Source of the DNA: the human T2T-CHM13v2.0 reference genome, Homo sapiens
Length of the DNA: 64,000 bases
Reading direction: 5' to 3' (one strand)
Assembly: GCF_009914755.1 (NCBI RefSeq)
Contig: NC_060947.1
Shown: piece by piece, positions 45,701 to 59,035 of the stretch
Position numbering within the stretch: position 1 is the first letter of the stretch
How the letters are laid out: each line of letters opens with the position of its first letter
Translations under genes and position numbers: made by a program
Notes under the pieces: generated by a model
Database searches by the model: none
What the model was told of the DNA's origin: nothing
Seen by the model: the letters and a program-made list of their open reading frames with translations, nothing else

Positions 45701-48700
45701 GGCTTCATTTTGTTTTTTCCTCTCCAGTTTCTCAGGATGTAGCTTTAGATTATTGAATTGAGACATTTCTTCTAATGTATGCATTTAATGTAATAAATTT
45801 CCCTCTAAGAACATTTTAGCTACACACCACTCATTTTTGACATGTTATGTTTTCGTTTTCATTTTAATTTACTCAAAACAGTTTTTTTCAATAATTTTAC
45901 TTTGACTCATATGTTAATACTTGGAAGTGTCTTGTTTCATTTGCAAACATTTGAGGATCTTCTCAATATCATTCTCTTTTTTGATTTCTAGTTCAACTCT
46001 ATTATGATCAGATAATGTACTTTGTATGATTGCTATTTTTTAAATTTATAATTTTTTTATGTCCCAGAATATGTTCTATCTTGGTGTGTGTTCTATATAC
46101 ATTTGAGAAGAATGTGCATTCTGGCTGGATGGAATATTCTATATCAAATTGGTTGATAGTATTATTCATATCCTTACTGATTTCTTCATATTTTTTCTGT
46201 TAATTACTGAGAGAGAACTGATGAAGTCACAAAATATAGTTGTGTGTTTGCGTTTTTTTCCTTTTATTTCTGACAGGTTCTGCCTCATGTTTTGAAGCTC
46301 TGTTAGTTGTATACACATTCAAATATTATGTCATCTTGGATAATCGATCCCTTTATTGTTATGTATGTTTCCTCTTTCTCTTGGATTATATTTCTTATTC
46401 TATAGTGTCAAAAATTAATATCACTATTACAACTTTGTTTTTTGATAGTCGTTTCTTTTTGAAAAAAGCTTTATTGACTTGTGATTCACCAATTTAAAAT
46501 GTATAAATCAATGTTTATTAGCATATTCACAGAGCTGTACAATCATACTCACAGTCTAAATTTTGAGCATTTTAATCACTCCATAGAGAAATCCCATACC
46601 CTTTACCAGTAACTCTCCCGTAATCCCCCAAATCTTGGCAACCACTAACCTACTCTCTGTTTCTATAGATTTGCCTATTCTGGACATTTCGTAGAAATTG
46701 AATTATACATTACGTGGTATTTTGTGATTAGTTTCTTTCACTTAGCAGAATGTTTACAAGGTTCAGCCATGTTGTAACATGAATCAGTATTAGATTCATT
46801 TTCATCACTGAATCACATTACATTGTATGGATATACCACATTTTGGTTATCGGTTTATAAGTTGATGGACATTCAAGTTGTTTCCTCATTTGGCTATTAG
46901 AAATAATGCTGCTATGAATATTTGTGTAAAAGTTTTTGTATAGATATATGTTTTTTTAATCTTGGGTATATACCTAGAAGTAGATTTCCACGTGATGTGG
47001 TAACTCTATGTGTAAACATTTGGGGACCTAACATCCTGTTTTCTAAAGTGACTGCATCATTTTCTATTTTCACCAGAGAGCCTGGTGGGGTTCCTGGAGA
47101 AGGCTGTTAGAGAGTGTGAGTTCCTCTATGTTTGTGGGCCCCAGAAGTTTCACATTATCTTATTAGCCCACACCTGGCCTTTAGCAATTAGTTGAAATGT
47201 CTAATTGAATCTTCCTACCTGCTTGTATTCTGTATTGCATTCTATATTGTCATTCAATATTCAATTTTCTTATAAGTAAGGAAATGCTCTGGACCTATTT
47301 CTCTCTGGAGGTTTTGGGCTGATTCTTTGCTGTGATCTCTATTATCTCTGATAGGTCCAAGAAAAATTGTTACTCTGAAACCTGCTTGACTTTTTTCTTA
47401 TTGCAAGTTTAGGAGTAACATCTTTCTAGCTCTCTACATCTTCAAGCTAAAAAATGTCATTTAATAATGAGTTTACCTGTTTTTTATATATTATGGATAC
47501 CAGTTCTTTATTATATGTACATTTCACAAAAGTTTTCTTCCAGTTTGTTGCTGGCTTATTCTTTTTCTTAATGATTTTTTGATGAGCAGGTGTTTTACAT
47601 TTTAATGAATCTAGTTTATCATTCTTTCTTTTATTATTTGTGCTTTCTGCTGCCTAACAAATATTTTTCTATGCCAAGGTCACAAAGCTGTTTCCTGTTG
47701 TTTTTTCTAGAAACTTTAAAGTATTTTATATTTAAGAACATCTTTGATCTTGAAGTAATTTTTTGAATGGTGTGAATTAGAGGTTGACGTTTCTGTTTTA
47801 AAATATGGGTATACTGTTGTTTCATCAAAATTTATTGGAGAGATTTCCTTTCCCAGTGAACTTTTATGTTACCATTTTCAAAGATCATTTGACTTTATTT
47901 GTCTGTGTCTAATTTTGGACTCTCCATTTTGTTTGTTTGACCTGTTCATTCATTAATACCACACTGTCTTGGTATTGTATAGTGAGTGTTAAAATAAGGT
48001 AGAGTAAATATTAAATATAAATATTAAAACTTCCTTCCTCTTTTCAATATTATTTTGGATAGTTTATGTTCTTTCCATTTCTGTATAAATTATATAATCA
48101 CTTTGTCAATTTTTACAACAATATCTCTGATGATTTTGATGGGTGTTGTAGTGAATCTATGGGCAAATTTTGGGAAGATTGTTAACTGAAGAATATTTCA
48201 TCTCCAGTATATGAGTCTAGCATATATTTCCATTTACTTGATAGGTATATATTTACTTTACATTACATTTAATATTTCTCAGCAATGTTTTTATCATTTT
48301 CATAGCATAGGTTTTGCACATCTTTCACTAATTTTATCTCTAAGTAATTTATGACTTTGGATGCCATTGTAAATGGTATTAGTATAAAATTTTTCATTTT
48401 ATAATGATAACTGATTTACTAACTTCAGTTTTATAATCACTTTTATACTGTGAGTATACAAAATTTACTTGTTTAAATTTTATGGCTTTTTAAAGATTAC
48501 TTAGAAGTTTCTACAATTAATAATCACATTATCTTCAAATAAGAGATGATTTTGCTCTTCCCTTTTCAATTATTTTGCATTTTTCCTTATCTAATTGCGG
48601 TGGATGAGCTCAATGGCAAATGCTAAATAAAAGTGATGAGATAAGATATTTTTGTCTGTTTCCCAAGCATAAGGAGGAAAAACTTCAGTATTTCACTATT

Positions 48701-49205
48701 AAGTATTATGCAATATGTATGTATTTTACATGCACATCATCAGATTGAAGAAGTTCCCTCTATTTTTAGTTTGGTGACAATTTTTATCATGAATGGATAT
48801 TGAATTTTGTTCAATGATCATATAATTTTACCCCTTTAATTTGTTAATGAGTAAGTTTTATTTGTTGATTTTTATTGTTAAGCCAATCTTGCATTTTGGG
48901 GATTAAATTCTATTTGAGCAAGATGTAGTATCCTTTTAATATGTTGTTGTATTCTATTTAGTAATATTCTATTAAATATTTTTGGATCTGTGTTCTTGAG
49001 AGATATTTGTGTATAATTACATTTTCTTGTAATTCATTTATCTGGTTTTCATATCAGTGTAATATAGGCCTCCTAAATGAGTTTGAATGTGCTTCCTCTT
49101 CCTTCATTTTCCAAAAATGCATTTGTAGTATTGGTATTTTTCTCTTAAATATTTGATTGAATTAACTAATGAAGCTGTCTTGGCCTAGATTTTTCTTTGT
49201 GCAAC
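45701..49205 (-). mobile_element. Old L1M fragments
   Basis: Antisense EN-region and 3'UTR motifs (ggcaaccactaacctactctctgtttctatagatttgcctattctggacatt). Confidence 0.75.
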
Positions 49206-51851
49206 AGTACAATTTTGTATTGTGTTTATTTAATTAACGTTTTATCATGGGCACTTTTCTATTTCATTAAATATTTTTCAAAACCAAGATTTTTCAGTTA
49301 CATAATACTCATTTGAATAAATATACTGTAATATATGTAACTAGTCCCCTACATAACTGTTACTTTTTTTCTCAAACATACGTCTGTGTGTATGTGTGTA
49401 TTTGTATACAAACATATGTATACGTTTATATATAATATGAAGTATGCATAATATAGTATATTGCATACATAGTATACATACATAATAAATACATGTATGT
49501 ATAAAAATGTACATATGCATGCCCACACACATAGACCCACTAAGAGAGGCAGACAGACTGATGGACTCTAGAATTAGATATATCAGTACATTAACAGAGT
49601 TTAACTTTGGATGTTGGGAGTTTGGGCACTTTTTACTTTCTTTCACAGTTTTCAGTATTCCTATTCTTTTCAGACCAAGAGTGTTACTCTATAATTAGAA
49701 AGTAAATACCTGAACTGTTTTCATTCTTGAGAATTAAAAAATGGATAATTTCTTAAGCTAGCACAGGCAGGTAGGGAAATTACCAAAATACTGCGTGGTA
49801 ATTAAAATTATAGCAATGTTCATGTTTGTGATCCCCAACCACCCAAGAGCGGAACATTAAATGATGTCGGAGGAGGTGCAGTCTTTCAGGCTCCCATGAG
49901 AATTGCCAAATGGGGCACTTATGCTTTTTGGGACGAGGTCCAGGTTTTATTTTTTTCTTCTTCAAAAGTCTTAAAATAAATGAAAATTGTCACAGCAAAA
50001 TGCATTTTCCCTTTCATTTAGAGCATTGAAGGCTACGCAACGTCAGGTGACACTGGAAGAATTTGGCTTGAATTTTTAAAGTTGCTTGATAGGGGAAAGG
50101 GAGATGAAAATTACTTTGAAGAATTATCTAGTCACATTTGGTTAATGTGGGCAATGATAGAATAAAGTAAAAATTTTAGACATGTAATCCATTGTGATGG
50201 CTCCAGTTTTTCAGGACAATTAAGAAATAGCCTCTATTGCTCAAAGTCTCAAGAAATACTGGAAAAAAATGCATGGATACTTTATTGGGTGCTTGTTAAA
50301 TTATTAAATAGGTGACAACTTAGGGGTGCTGGCTAAACTTTTTAACTTCTTGTTTGGCCTTGTACAGTTTATAAATTTTAGAAGTAACACTGAGAGGACA
50401 GAAAATATCTAGAAGACTTTTTAAAGGTGCATACATATATATACACACATGCATTTCAGACCAACGAGTGAGGGATGAGTATGGCAGGAGGAGTGGGGAC
50501 AGAGGACCGAAGAAGAATGAGAGGATGTTGGGAGGTGGAGAGAGAGATAAGAAACAAAATAATTAGAGAAAAATTAAAAGGTGTATTTATTAGGTATAGG
50601 GTGAAAAAATTTGCCTAATTCCTGAATTTGGATGATTTCAGAGTGTTCTTATCTGGTTCTGTACCCAAAATAATTTATTCTTAGGGATTCTGTGAGGGAT
50701 TAAATGACACTAGAGACAAACGATGAGGCAATGAGAAAATTATGAAGAAATTAAGGAGAAGAGCAATATCTTCTTATTTGCTATAATTCATAATACATGG
50801 ATGTTTGAGAATCACTATTATCTAGTGTATAAGGCTGACTTGTTCCCATTATTTCCTAATCCATAATGCTGCTCCTTTTTTACCCCATAATCCTTCCCTT
50901 AAACCACATGTGCATCATTTCTTTCATCTGGAATGGATGTCTTGTGTTTCAAAAATGTTTTACCTTATCACTCTTATTTTCACTTCTGAACTAAAGGTAC
51001 ATTGCTTGTATAACCCCCTTTTTGCTGTTTTGATAAGGTACTAAATTGAATAATGTACCTTTAGGCCAGAGAGCAGTATAGGGCAAGTTACTTAGTTTGT
51101 GAGAGAGCCTAGGCAACCGATTGCTGAACAGCTATTATCTCCTTGTGATTTCATTTCCTTTGCTCATTATTAGGCACACTATAAGTATTGTGATATTTTC
51201 TTTGGAAAATTTTGGTCCTAATCAGAAAGCCATCTGCTAACAATTGTGCTGGAAGTGAAGCAGCATGATAAAGTTACCTTTAGCCATGATATAGTTGTGT
51301 CAATGACCTTTCAGTTACATATTACTATTATATAATTTGTGGGGAACATTTCATGTCTTAGTGCTTTTTGTAATGTGGGAATTTGGCAGTTTGAAAATGT
51401 ATGGAAAGCACTACAGTTATTGACTCTTTTTTTTGGTCATCCAAGTTTCATTGGGTTCTTCATGTTTCTTTATTTCCCTTAGACTATTTGAGAGGTAGGA
51501 AACCAAGGGAGAAGGAAATGGACTCTTATGGTGGAGCAAATTGAAGTATCACTTCTGCTTTTCTTTTTTTCTTTTAATCCAGATGTACAGTAAACATAGA
51601 CAAGAGTATAGACTACAGCCAGGTTATAGAACAGATAGGTCTCAGTAGTAGGCAGTATGTTAGCTCAGATATCTGGGTAGTCAACATGGTTGAGAGTGTG
51701 GTAGCTATCATTCATAGGTGAGTTGAGTGCAAGAGCCAGGGTAGCTGGTAGCAGGCAATATCCAGAGATCCAGGTGAACATTATAGTTCTGACAGTGGGA
51801 TTGGAGTTCATGTTACTATTTTTCCACATCAGGTATGCTGGAAGGTAATAG

Positions 51852-52176
<325 letters not shown>

Positions 52177-52880
52177 ACTGGAAGGTAATAGTTTTTTGTG
52201 TAGTCCGTTGCCTGAAATTTAAAACATTTTTTTTCATTTAAAAATAAAGACAGGCTTAGAAAATCACACACACAATATATGGTTTAATAAATTATTACCA
52301 AGTAAATACCTTTGTAACTAACACCCAGGTCAAGAAATAAGAACTATGCTACCCACCCCAAAAGCTCCTTTTGTGGACCACATCCTAATCCCAACCCAGT
52401 TGCTCCACAGAAATAAACATTGTCTTGACTTTCTTTGGACTTTTTATGGTTTTATCACCCAAATTCGCGTTCCTAGGTATTACTGTTTTATTCTTGTTCA
52501 TTTAGAAAACTTTGATATGTTTTTTAAATATCTCTTAAATGTGTGGGTTTTCCCTCTATCCCTTACTTTTCTTTACAATTAATATTTCGAAGAACCTATG
52601 CCATCTGACTTACAGAGCATCTCACCTTTTGGATTCTTCTGACTGCAAATTCAAGGTGCAGTTTAACATTTTTTTCTGCCATTTATATTTTCTACATATT
52701 GGCAGCTGGATCCAGTGGCTTGATCAGACTTAGTTTTGATCTCTGGCAAGATTATAAGTGGTGTCTGACAGTCATATATGGGGAAGATAATGGGTACTCG
52801 TCTTTCTTTTTGTGATAGTAGTAGCTATTGGTGATTAATGACAATATTAGTTAACTCAGTTTGAAAAGTAGTGATATTCT

Positions 52881-54993
52881 TGGCCAATATCATACTGAAT
52901 GGGGAAAAGTTGAAAGCATTCCTCGTAAGAACTTGAACAAGATAAGGATGCCCACCACATTCACCACTTGTCTTCAACATAGTACTTGAAGTCCTAGTCA
53001 GAGCAATTAAGCAAGAGAAAGAAATAAAGAGCATCCAAATTGGAAAGGAGGAAGCCAAACTATCTCTCTTAGTCAATGATATAATCTTATACCTAGAAAA
53101 CCCTAAAGGCTCCTCCAAAAGCCTTCTAGGCTTGATAAATGAATTCAGTAAAGTCTCAGGTTACAAAATCAATGTATACAAATCAGTAGCACCACTATGC
53201 ACCAACAACAATGAAGCTGAGAATCAAATCAAGAACTCAGTCCCTTTTACAACAGCTACAAAAAGTAAAACACCTAGGAATATATTTAACCAAAGAGGTG
53301 AAAGATCTCTACAAGGATAATGACAAAACACTGATGAAAGAAATCATAGATGACAAAAACAATGGTTCATGGATTGGAAGAGTCAATGTTGTGAAAATGA
53401 CCATACTGTCCAAAGCAATCTACAGATTCAATGCAATACCTATCAAAATACCAATGTCAGTTTTCACAGAATTAGAAAAAACAATCCCAAAATTCATATG
53501 GAACCAAAAAGGAGCCTGCATAGCCAAAGCAATCCTAAACCAAAAGAACAAATCTGGAGGCATCACACTACCTGACTTCAAATTATACTATAAGGCTACA
53601 GTAATCCAAACAGTATGGACTGGTACAAAAGTAGGCACATAACAAATTGAAAAGAATAGAGAACTGAGAAATAAAGCCAAATACAACCAACCGATCTTCT
53701 ATGAAGCAGACAAAAATATACAATGGAGAAGGACTCCCTATTCAATATATGGTGCTGGGAAAATTGGATATCTGCATGTAGAAGAATGAAACTGGATCCT
53801 TAAGTCTCACCATATACAAAAATTAACTCAAGATAGATTAAAGACTTAAATTTAAGACCTGAAACTATACAATTTTAGAAGAAAACATAGGAAAAACTCT
53901 TCTGGACATTGACCTAGGCAAATAATTTATGACTCAGACCCCAAAAGCAAATGTAACAAAAACAAAAATAAATAAATGGGACCTATTTAAATTACAAGCT
54001 TCTGCATAGGAAAAAAATAATCAACAGAGTGAACAGACAACCTACAGAATGGGAGAAAATATTTGTAAACTATGCATCTGATAAAAGACTAATAGCCACA
54101 ATCTACAAGGAACTGAAACAAATCAGCAAGAAAAAATCAAATAATCCCATCAAAATGTGGGCAAATGACATGAATAGACATTTCTGTCTTCAAAAGAAGG
54201 CATGCAAATGGCCAAGAAACATGGAATCATGCTCAATATCACTAATCATCAATGTAAATGCAAATTAAAACCACAATGAAGTGCCACCTTACCCCAGCTA
54301 GAATAGCCAGTATTAAAAAGTCAAAGAACAATACATGTTGGCATGGATGTAGTGAAAAGGGAACACTTCTACACTGCTGGTGAGAATATAAATTAGTACA
54401 ACCTCTATGGAAAACAGTAGGGAGATTTCTCAAAGAACTCAAAGTAGACCTACCATTCAATCCAGCAATCCCACTACTGGGTATCTGTCTAAAGGAAAAT
54501 AAGTTATTGTATGAAAAAGACATGTGCATGCATATGTTTATTGCAGCACAATTCAAAGATATGGAACCAACCTAAGTGCCCATCAACCAAGGAGTAGATA
54601 AAGAAAATGTGGTATATATGCATCATGGAATGCTACTCAACCACAAAAAAGGAATGGAATAATGTCTTTTGCAGCAACTTGGATGAAACTGGAGGCCATT
54701 ATTTTAAGTGATGTAATTCAGGAATGGAAAATAAAATACTGTATATTCCCACTTGTAAGTGGGAGTTAAGCTATGGGTACAGAAAAGCATACAGAGTTGT
54801 ATAATGGACTTTGGACACTCAGAAGTGAGGAGTCGGTGAGGGATAAAAAAAAAAAACTACATACTCAGTACAGTGTACATTATTTGGGTGTTGGAGTACA
54901 CTAAAATCCCAGACTTTGCCACTATACAATTCATCCATGTAACCAAAAACCACTTGTACCCCTAAAGCTATTGAAATAAAAAAAAAACTCAAA
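52881..54993 (+). mobile_element. 5'-truncated L1PB4-like element
   Basis: ORF2 peptides; 3' end aaccaaaaaccacttgtacccctaaagctattgaaataaa. Perfect 18-bp TSD gaaaagtagtgatattct at 52863-52880 and 54994-55011. Confidence 0.92.
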
Positions 54994-55040
54994 GAAAAGT
55001 AGTGATATTCTAATGTAATTTTTTTTCATGTGTTAGTTGG

Positions 55041-55394
55041 TGTTATGGACTGAATTGTGTCCCTCAAAATTCATATGTTGAATCTCAAACCCCAAGGTAA
55101 CTGTATATGGAGTAAGAAAGTAATTAAGGTTAAATGAGGTCATAAAGGTGGAACTCTAATCAATATTAGTGTCCTTATAAAAAGAGACACCAGAGAGTTC
55201 ACTCACTCCCTGCCATGTAAAGACGCAGCAGGAAAGCAGGCATCTGCAAGCCAGGAAGAGACCCCTCACCAGAAATCACACCTTGCCAGAACCTTGATCT
55301 CACAGCCTTGAGAAGAGTGAAAGAAATAATTTTCTGTTGTTTAAGCCACTCAGTCTACAATATTTTGTTTTGGTAGGCTGAGTTGACTAATACA
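55041..55394 (+). mobile_element. MLT1A-type MaLR solo LTR
   Basis: tgttatggactgaattgtgtccc...ctaataca with TG...CA ends. Perfect 5-bp TSD gttgg. Confidence 0.9.
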
Positions 55395-55933
55395 GTTGGA
55401 ATACTTTTAAAAAGAGATAGTTTCCCCCATCCATTATTTGGTTATCAAGTGATACTGTTTATATTGAAGAGACTATAAATGTTTGAGGCTTTCTCTGTAT
55501 GTACTTACCAGTTTTCAAGAAAATGAACTGGTTCCCCATCATCCTCTTAAAGTGAGTAATTCTTTTCTCTTTACAATATCATTATGAACTCTTGAACTTA
55601 AACATATTTGATGGGTTTCAATCCATTTCAAATATTGTTGTCACTGAAGCACATATTGTGTCATAGTTGACTAATGGGAGTGTCCACAAGTTGGCTCCTG
55701 AGTCCTTTAACAAGACTCTAGTCTTTAAAAGCTTTCTTATTACCTAGTATGACACAATGTTTCTGGTTCATTTTATACATTCCTTGCCTCAAATTTAGAA
55801 TCAGGCATTCTACATATGTCACTTGTTTCTATTAATTCATAATGGTATCTCAATACCACAGTCTTGGTGGAAAAGATACTTATTGTTACTTCTTTGATAA
55901 TTGTTTTTTTTCCCACTAGCCTTTTATTCTATC

Positions 55934-55977
<44 letters not shown>
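55934..55977. repeat. (ATCT)11 tetranucleotide STR
   Basis: Perfect ATCT run followed by ACCT units. Confidence 0.95.
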
Positions 55978-55978
<1 letters not shown>

Positions 55979-55995
55979 CCTACCTGTCTATAAGA

Positions 55996-56351
55996 CAGTG
56001 TTCTCCAACATTTTTGGCACCAGGGACAGGTTTTGTGGAAGACAATTTTTCCACATACTCAGGGGATGAGGTGGATGATTCCAGGATGAAACTGTTCCAC
56101 CTCAGATCATCATGCATTGGATTCTCATAAGGAGAGTGCAACTTAGATTCCTCCCATGTGCAGTTCACAATAGGGTTCACATTGCACTCCTATGAGAATC
56201 TAATGTCAATGATGATCTGACAGGAGACAGAGTTCAGGTGGTAATATTTGCTCGCCCACCACTCACCTCCTGCTGTGTGGCCTGGTTCCTAATGGTACGA
56301 TTTGGTTCCATAGACTGGTACCTGTCCATGGCCCGGGGGTTGGGGACTCCT
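55996..56351 (+). mobile_element. MER1B (hAT MITE)
   Basis: ttttggcaccagggac...gtggaagacaatttttccac...ggcccgggggttggggac. Confidence 0.88.
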
Positions 56352-56354
56352 AAG

Positions 56355-56497
56355 AGATAGGTCTGACTCTGTGCCTAGGCTACACTGCACTGGGGCAGTC
56401 ATGGCTGACTGCAGCCTTGATCTCCTGGGCTCAAGCAATCCTCCTGCCTCAGCCTCCTGAGTAGCTGGGATTACAGGTGCAAGCCACCACACCTGGT
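56355..56497 (-). mobile_element. Alu right-arm fragment (AluJ/FRAM)
   Basis: ctgcagccttgatctcctgggctcaagcaatcctcctgcctcagcc. Confidence 0.8.
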
Positions 56498-57114
56498 GGT
56501 CATTGTTTATACATCTTTTCAGTGGAGAGAGCTAAGAAATATAAAAATAAATTCACATACACCCTCCCAAGACTGAACCAGGAAGAAATGGATTCCCTGA
56601 ACAAACCAATAACAAGCTCCAAAGTTGAATCAGTAATAAATAGCCTACCAACAAAAAAAAGCCCAGGACCAGGTGGATTCACAGCCGAATTCTACCAGAT
56701 GTACAAAGAAGGGATGACACTGTTCCTACTGAAACTATTCCAAAAATTTGAGGAGGAGGGACTCCTTCCCAACTCATTCTATGAGGCCAGCATTATCCTG
56801 ATACCAAAACCTGGCAGAAACACAACAACAACAACAAAAAAAAAAAAAAGAAAAAAAAAAAAAGAAAACTTCAGGCCAATGTCCCTGAACATCAGTGCAA
56901 AAATCCTCAACAATATAGTTGCACACAAAATCTAGCAGCACAACAAAAAGCTAATCCACTGCAATCAAGTAGGCTTCATCCCTGGGATGCAAGGTTGGTT
57001 CAACATACACAAATCAAGAAATGTGATTCATCATGTAAACACAACTAAAGACAAGTCCACATGATGATCTCAATAGATAATGCAGAAAAGGCTTTTTATA
57101 AAACTCAACATTCC

Positions 57115-57413
57115 GGCCGGGCATGGTGGCTCACGCCTGTAGTCTCAGCACTTTGGGAGGCAGAGGTGGGTGGATCACAAGGTCAGGAGATCAAGACCAT
57201 CCTGGCTAACATGGTGAAACCCTGTCTCTACTGAAAATACAAAACATTAGCTGGGCATGGCAGCATGCACCTGTAGTCCCAGCTGCTGGGGAGGCTGAGG
57301 CAGGAGAATGGCGTGAACCTGGGAGGTAGAGCTTGCAGTGAGCCTAGATCACACCACTGCATTCCAGCCTGGGCGACAGAGCGAGACTCCATCTCAAAAT
57401 AAACAAATAACCA
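57115..57413 (+). mobile_element. AluY-like
   Basis: TSD aaaactcaacattcc at 57100-57114 and 57414-57428. Contains aatggcgtgaacc. Confidence 0.93.
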
Positions 57414-58784
57414 AAAACTCAACATTCCTTCATGTTGAAAACTTTCAATAAACTAGGTATTGAAGGAACATGCCTCAAAATAATAAGAGCTCTCTGTGAC
57501 AAACCCACAGCCAACCTCATACTGAATGGGCAAAATCTGGAAGCATTCTCCTTGAAAACCAGCACAAGGCAAGGATGCTCTCTCTCGCCACTTCTATTCA
57601 ACATAGTACTGGAAGTCCTGGCCAGAGCAGTCAGGCAAGAGAAAGAAATAAAGGGCATCCAAACAGGAAGAGAGGAAGTCAAACTATTCCTGTTTGTAGA
57701 CGATATGATTCTATATCTAGAAAACCCCAGAGTCTTGGCCCAGAAGCTCCTTCAGCTGATAAACAACTTTGGCAAAGTTTCCAGATACAAAATCAATGCA
57801 GAAAATCACTACCATTCCCATACACCAACAACAGCCACACCAAGAGCCGAATCAGGAAGGCAGTCTCATTCACAATTGCCACAAAAAGGATGAAATACCT
57901 GCTAATACAGCTAACCAGGGAGGAGAAATATCTCTACAATGATAATTACAAAACACTTCTCAAAGCAGTCAGAGAAGACACAAACAAATGGAAAAACATT
58001 CCATGCTCATGGATAGGAAAAATCAATATCATTAAAACGGCCACACTGCCCAATGCAATTTACAGATTCAGTGCTATTCCTATCAGACTACCAGTGACAT
58101 TCTTCGCAGAACTAGAAAAAACTAGTTTTAAATTCATGTAGGACCAAAAAAAAAAAAAAAAAAAAAAAAGACAAGAAAGAGCCTGCATAGCCAAGGTAAT
58201 CCTAAGCAAAAAGAACAAAGCTGGAGGCATCACATCACCCAACTTCAAACTACACTACAGGGCTACAGTAACCAAAACAGCATGGTACTGGTATAAAAAA
58301 CAGGCACATAGACCAATGGAACATAATAGCCCATAAATAAGGCTTCACTCTGCAACCATCTGATTTTAGACAAATATGACAAAAGCAAGCAATGGGGAAA
58401 AGACTTTATATTCAATAAATGGTGCTGGGATAACCAGCTAGCCATAAGCAGAAGATTGAAATTGGACCCCTTCCTTACATCACATACAAAAATCAACTCA
58501 AAATGTATTAAACAATTAAATGTAAAACTCAAAACTGTAAAAACCCTAGAAGACGATCTAGGCAATACCAATCTGGACATGGGCATGGGCAAAGATTTCA
58601 TGACAAAGACACCAAAAGCAATTGCAACAAAAGCAAAAATTGGCAATGCGATCTAATTAAACATAAGAGATTCTGCACAGCAAAGAGCAAAAGAAACTAT
58701 CAACAGACTAAAAAGACAACCTACAGAATGGGAGAAAATAGCTTGCAGACTATGCATCTGACAATGGTCTAATATCCAGCATCT

Positions 58785-59035
58785 ATGTTCTCAGTTATAA
58801 GTGGGAGCTAAATGATGAGAACACATGGACACATAGAGTGGAACAACACACAATGGGGTCTTTCAGAGAGTGGAGGGTGGGAAGAGGGAGAGGATCAGGA
58901 AAAATAACTAATGGGTACTAGGCTTAATATCTGCGTAATTAAATAATTTGTACAACAAACCCCCATGGCACAGTTCACCTATGTAAGTAACCTGAACTTG
59001 TACCCCTGAACTAAAAAGTTAAAACAAATTTAAAA
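58785..59035 (+). mobile_element. Extra L1PA 3'-end fragment nested in the L1 ORF2
   Basis: Parallels 59662-59900 (gtgggagctaaatgatgagaac...tactaggctt...tgtacaacaaacccc). Confidence 0.88.

Larger units (their letters stand above)
37319..50166 (+). pseudogene. Candidate decayed multi-exon gene, 3' group: 37319-37552, 38391-38441, 42461-42491, 42839-43045, 43767-44002, 49674-49770, 50022-stop 50079, AATAAA 50161-50166
   Basis: AG acceptors. Donors AAG|GTGAGT, TAG|GTTAAA, ATG|GTATGT, AAG|GTAAGT, GAG|GTAACA and CAG|GTAGGG. Junction phases chain 2-2-0-0-1-2. The spliced frame is mostly open, with a few stops and two inferred frameshifts. Confidence 0.5.

Noticed and set aside
49380-49530. AT/AC-rich quasi-palindromic tract
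   Set aside because: Degenerate microsatellite, with no evidence for an RNA gene.
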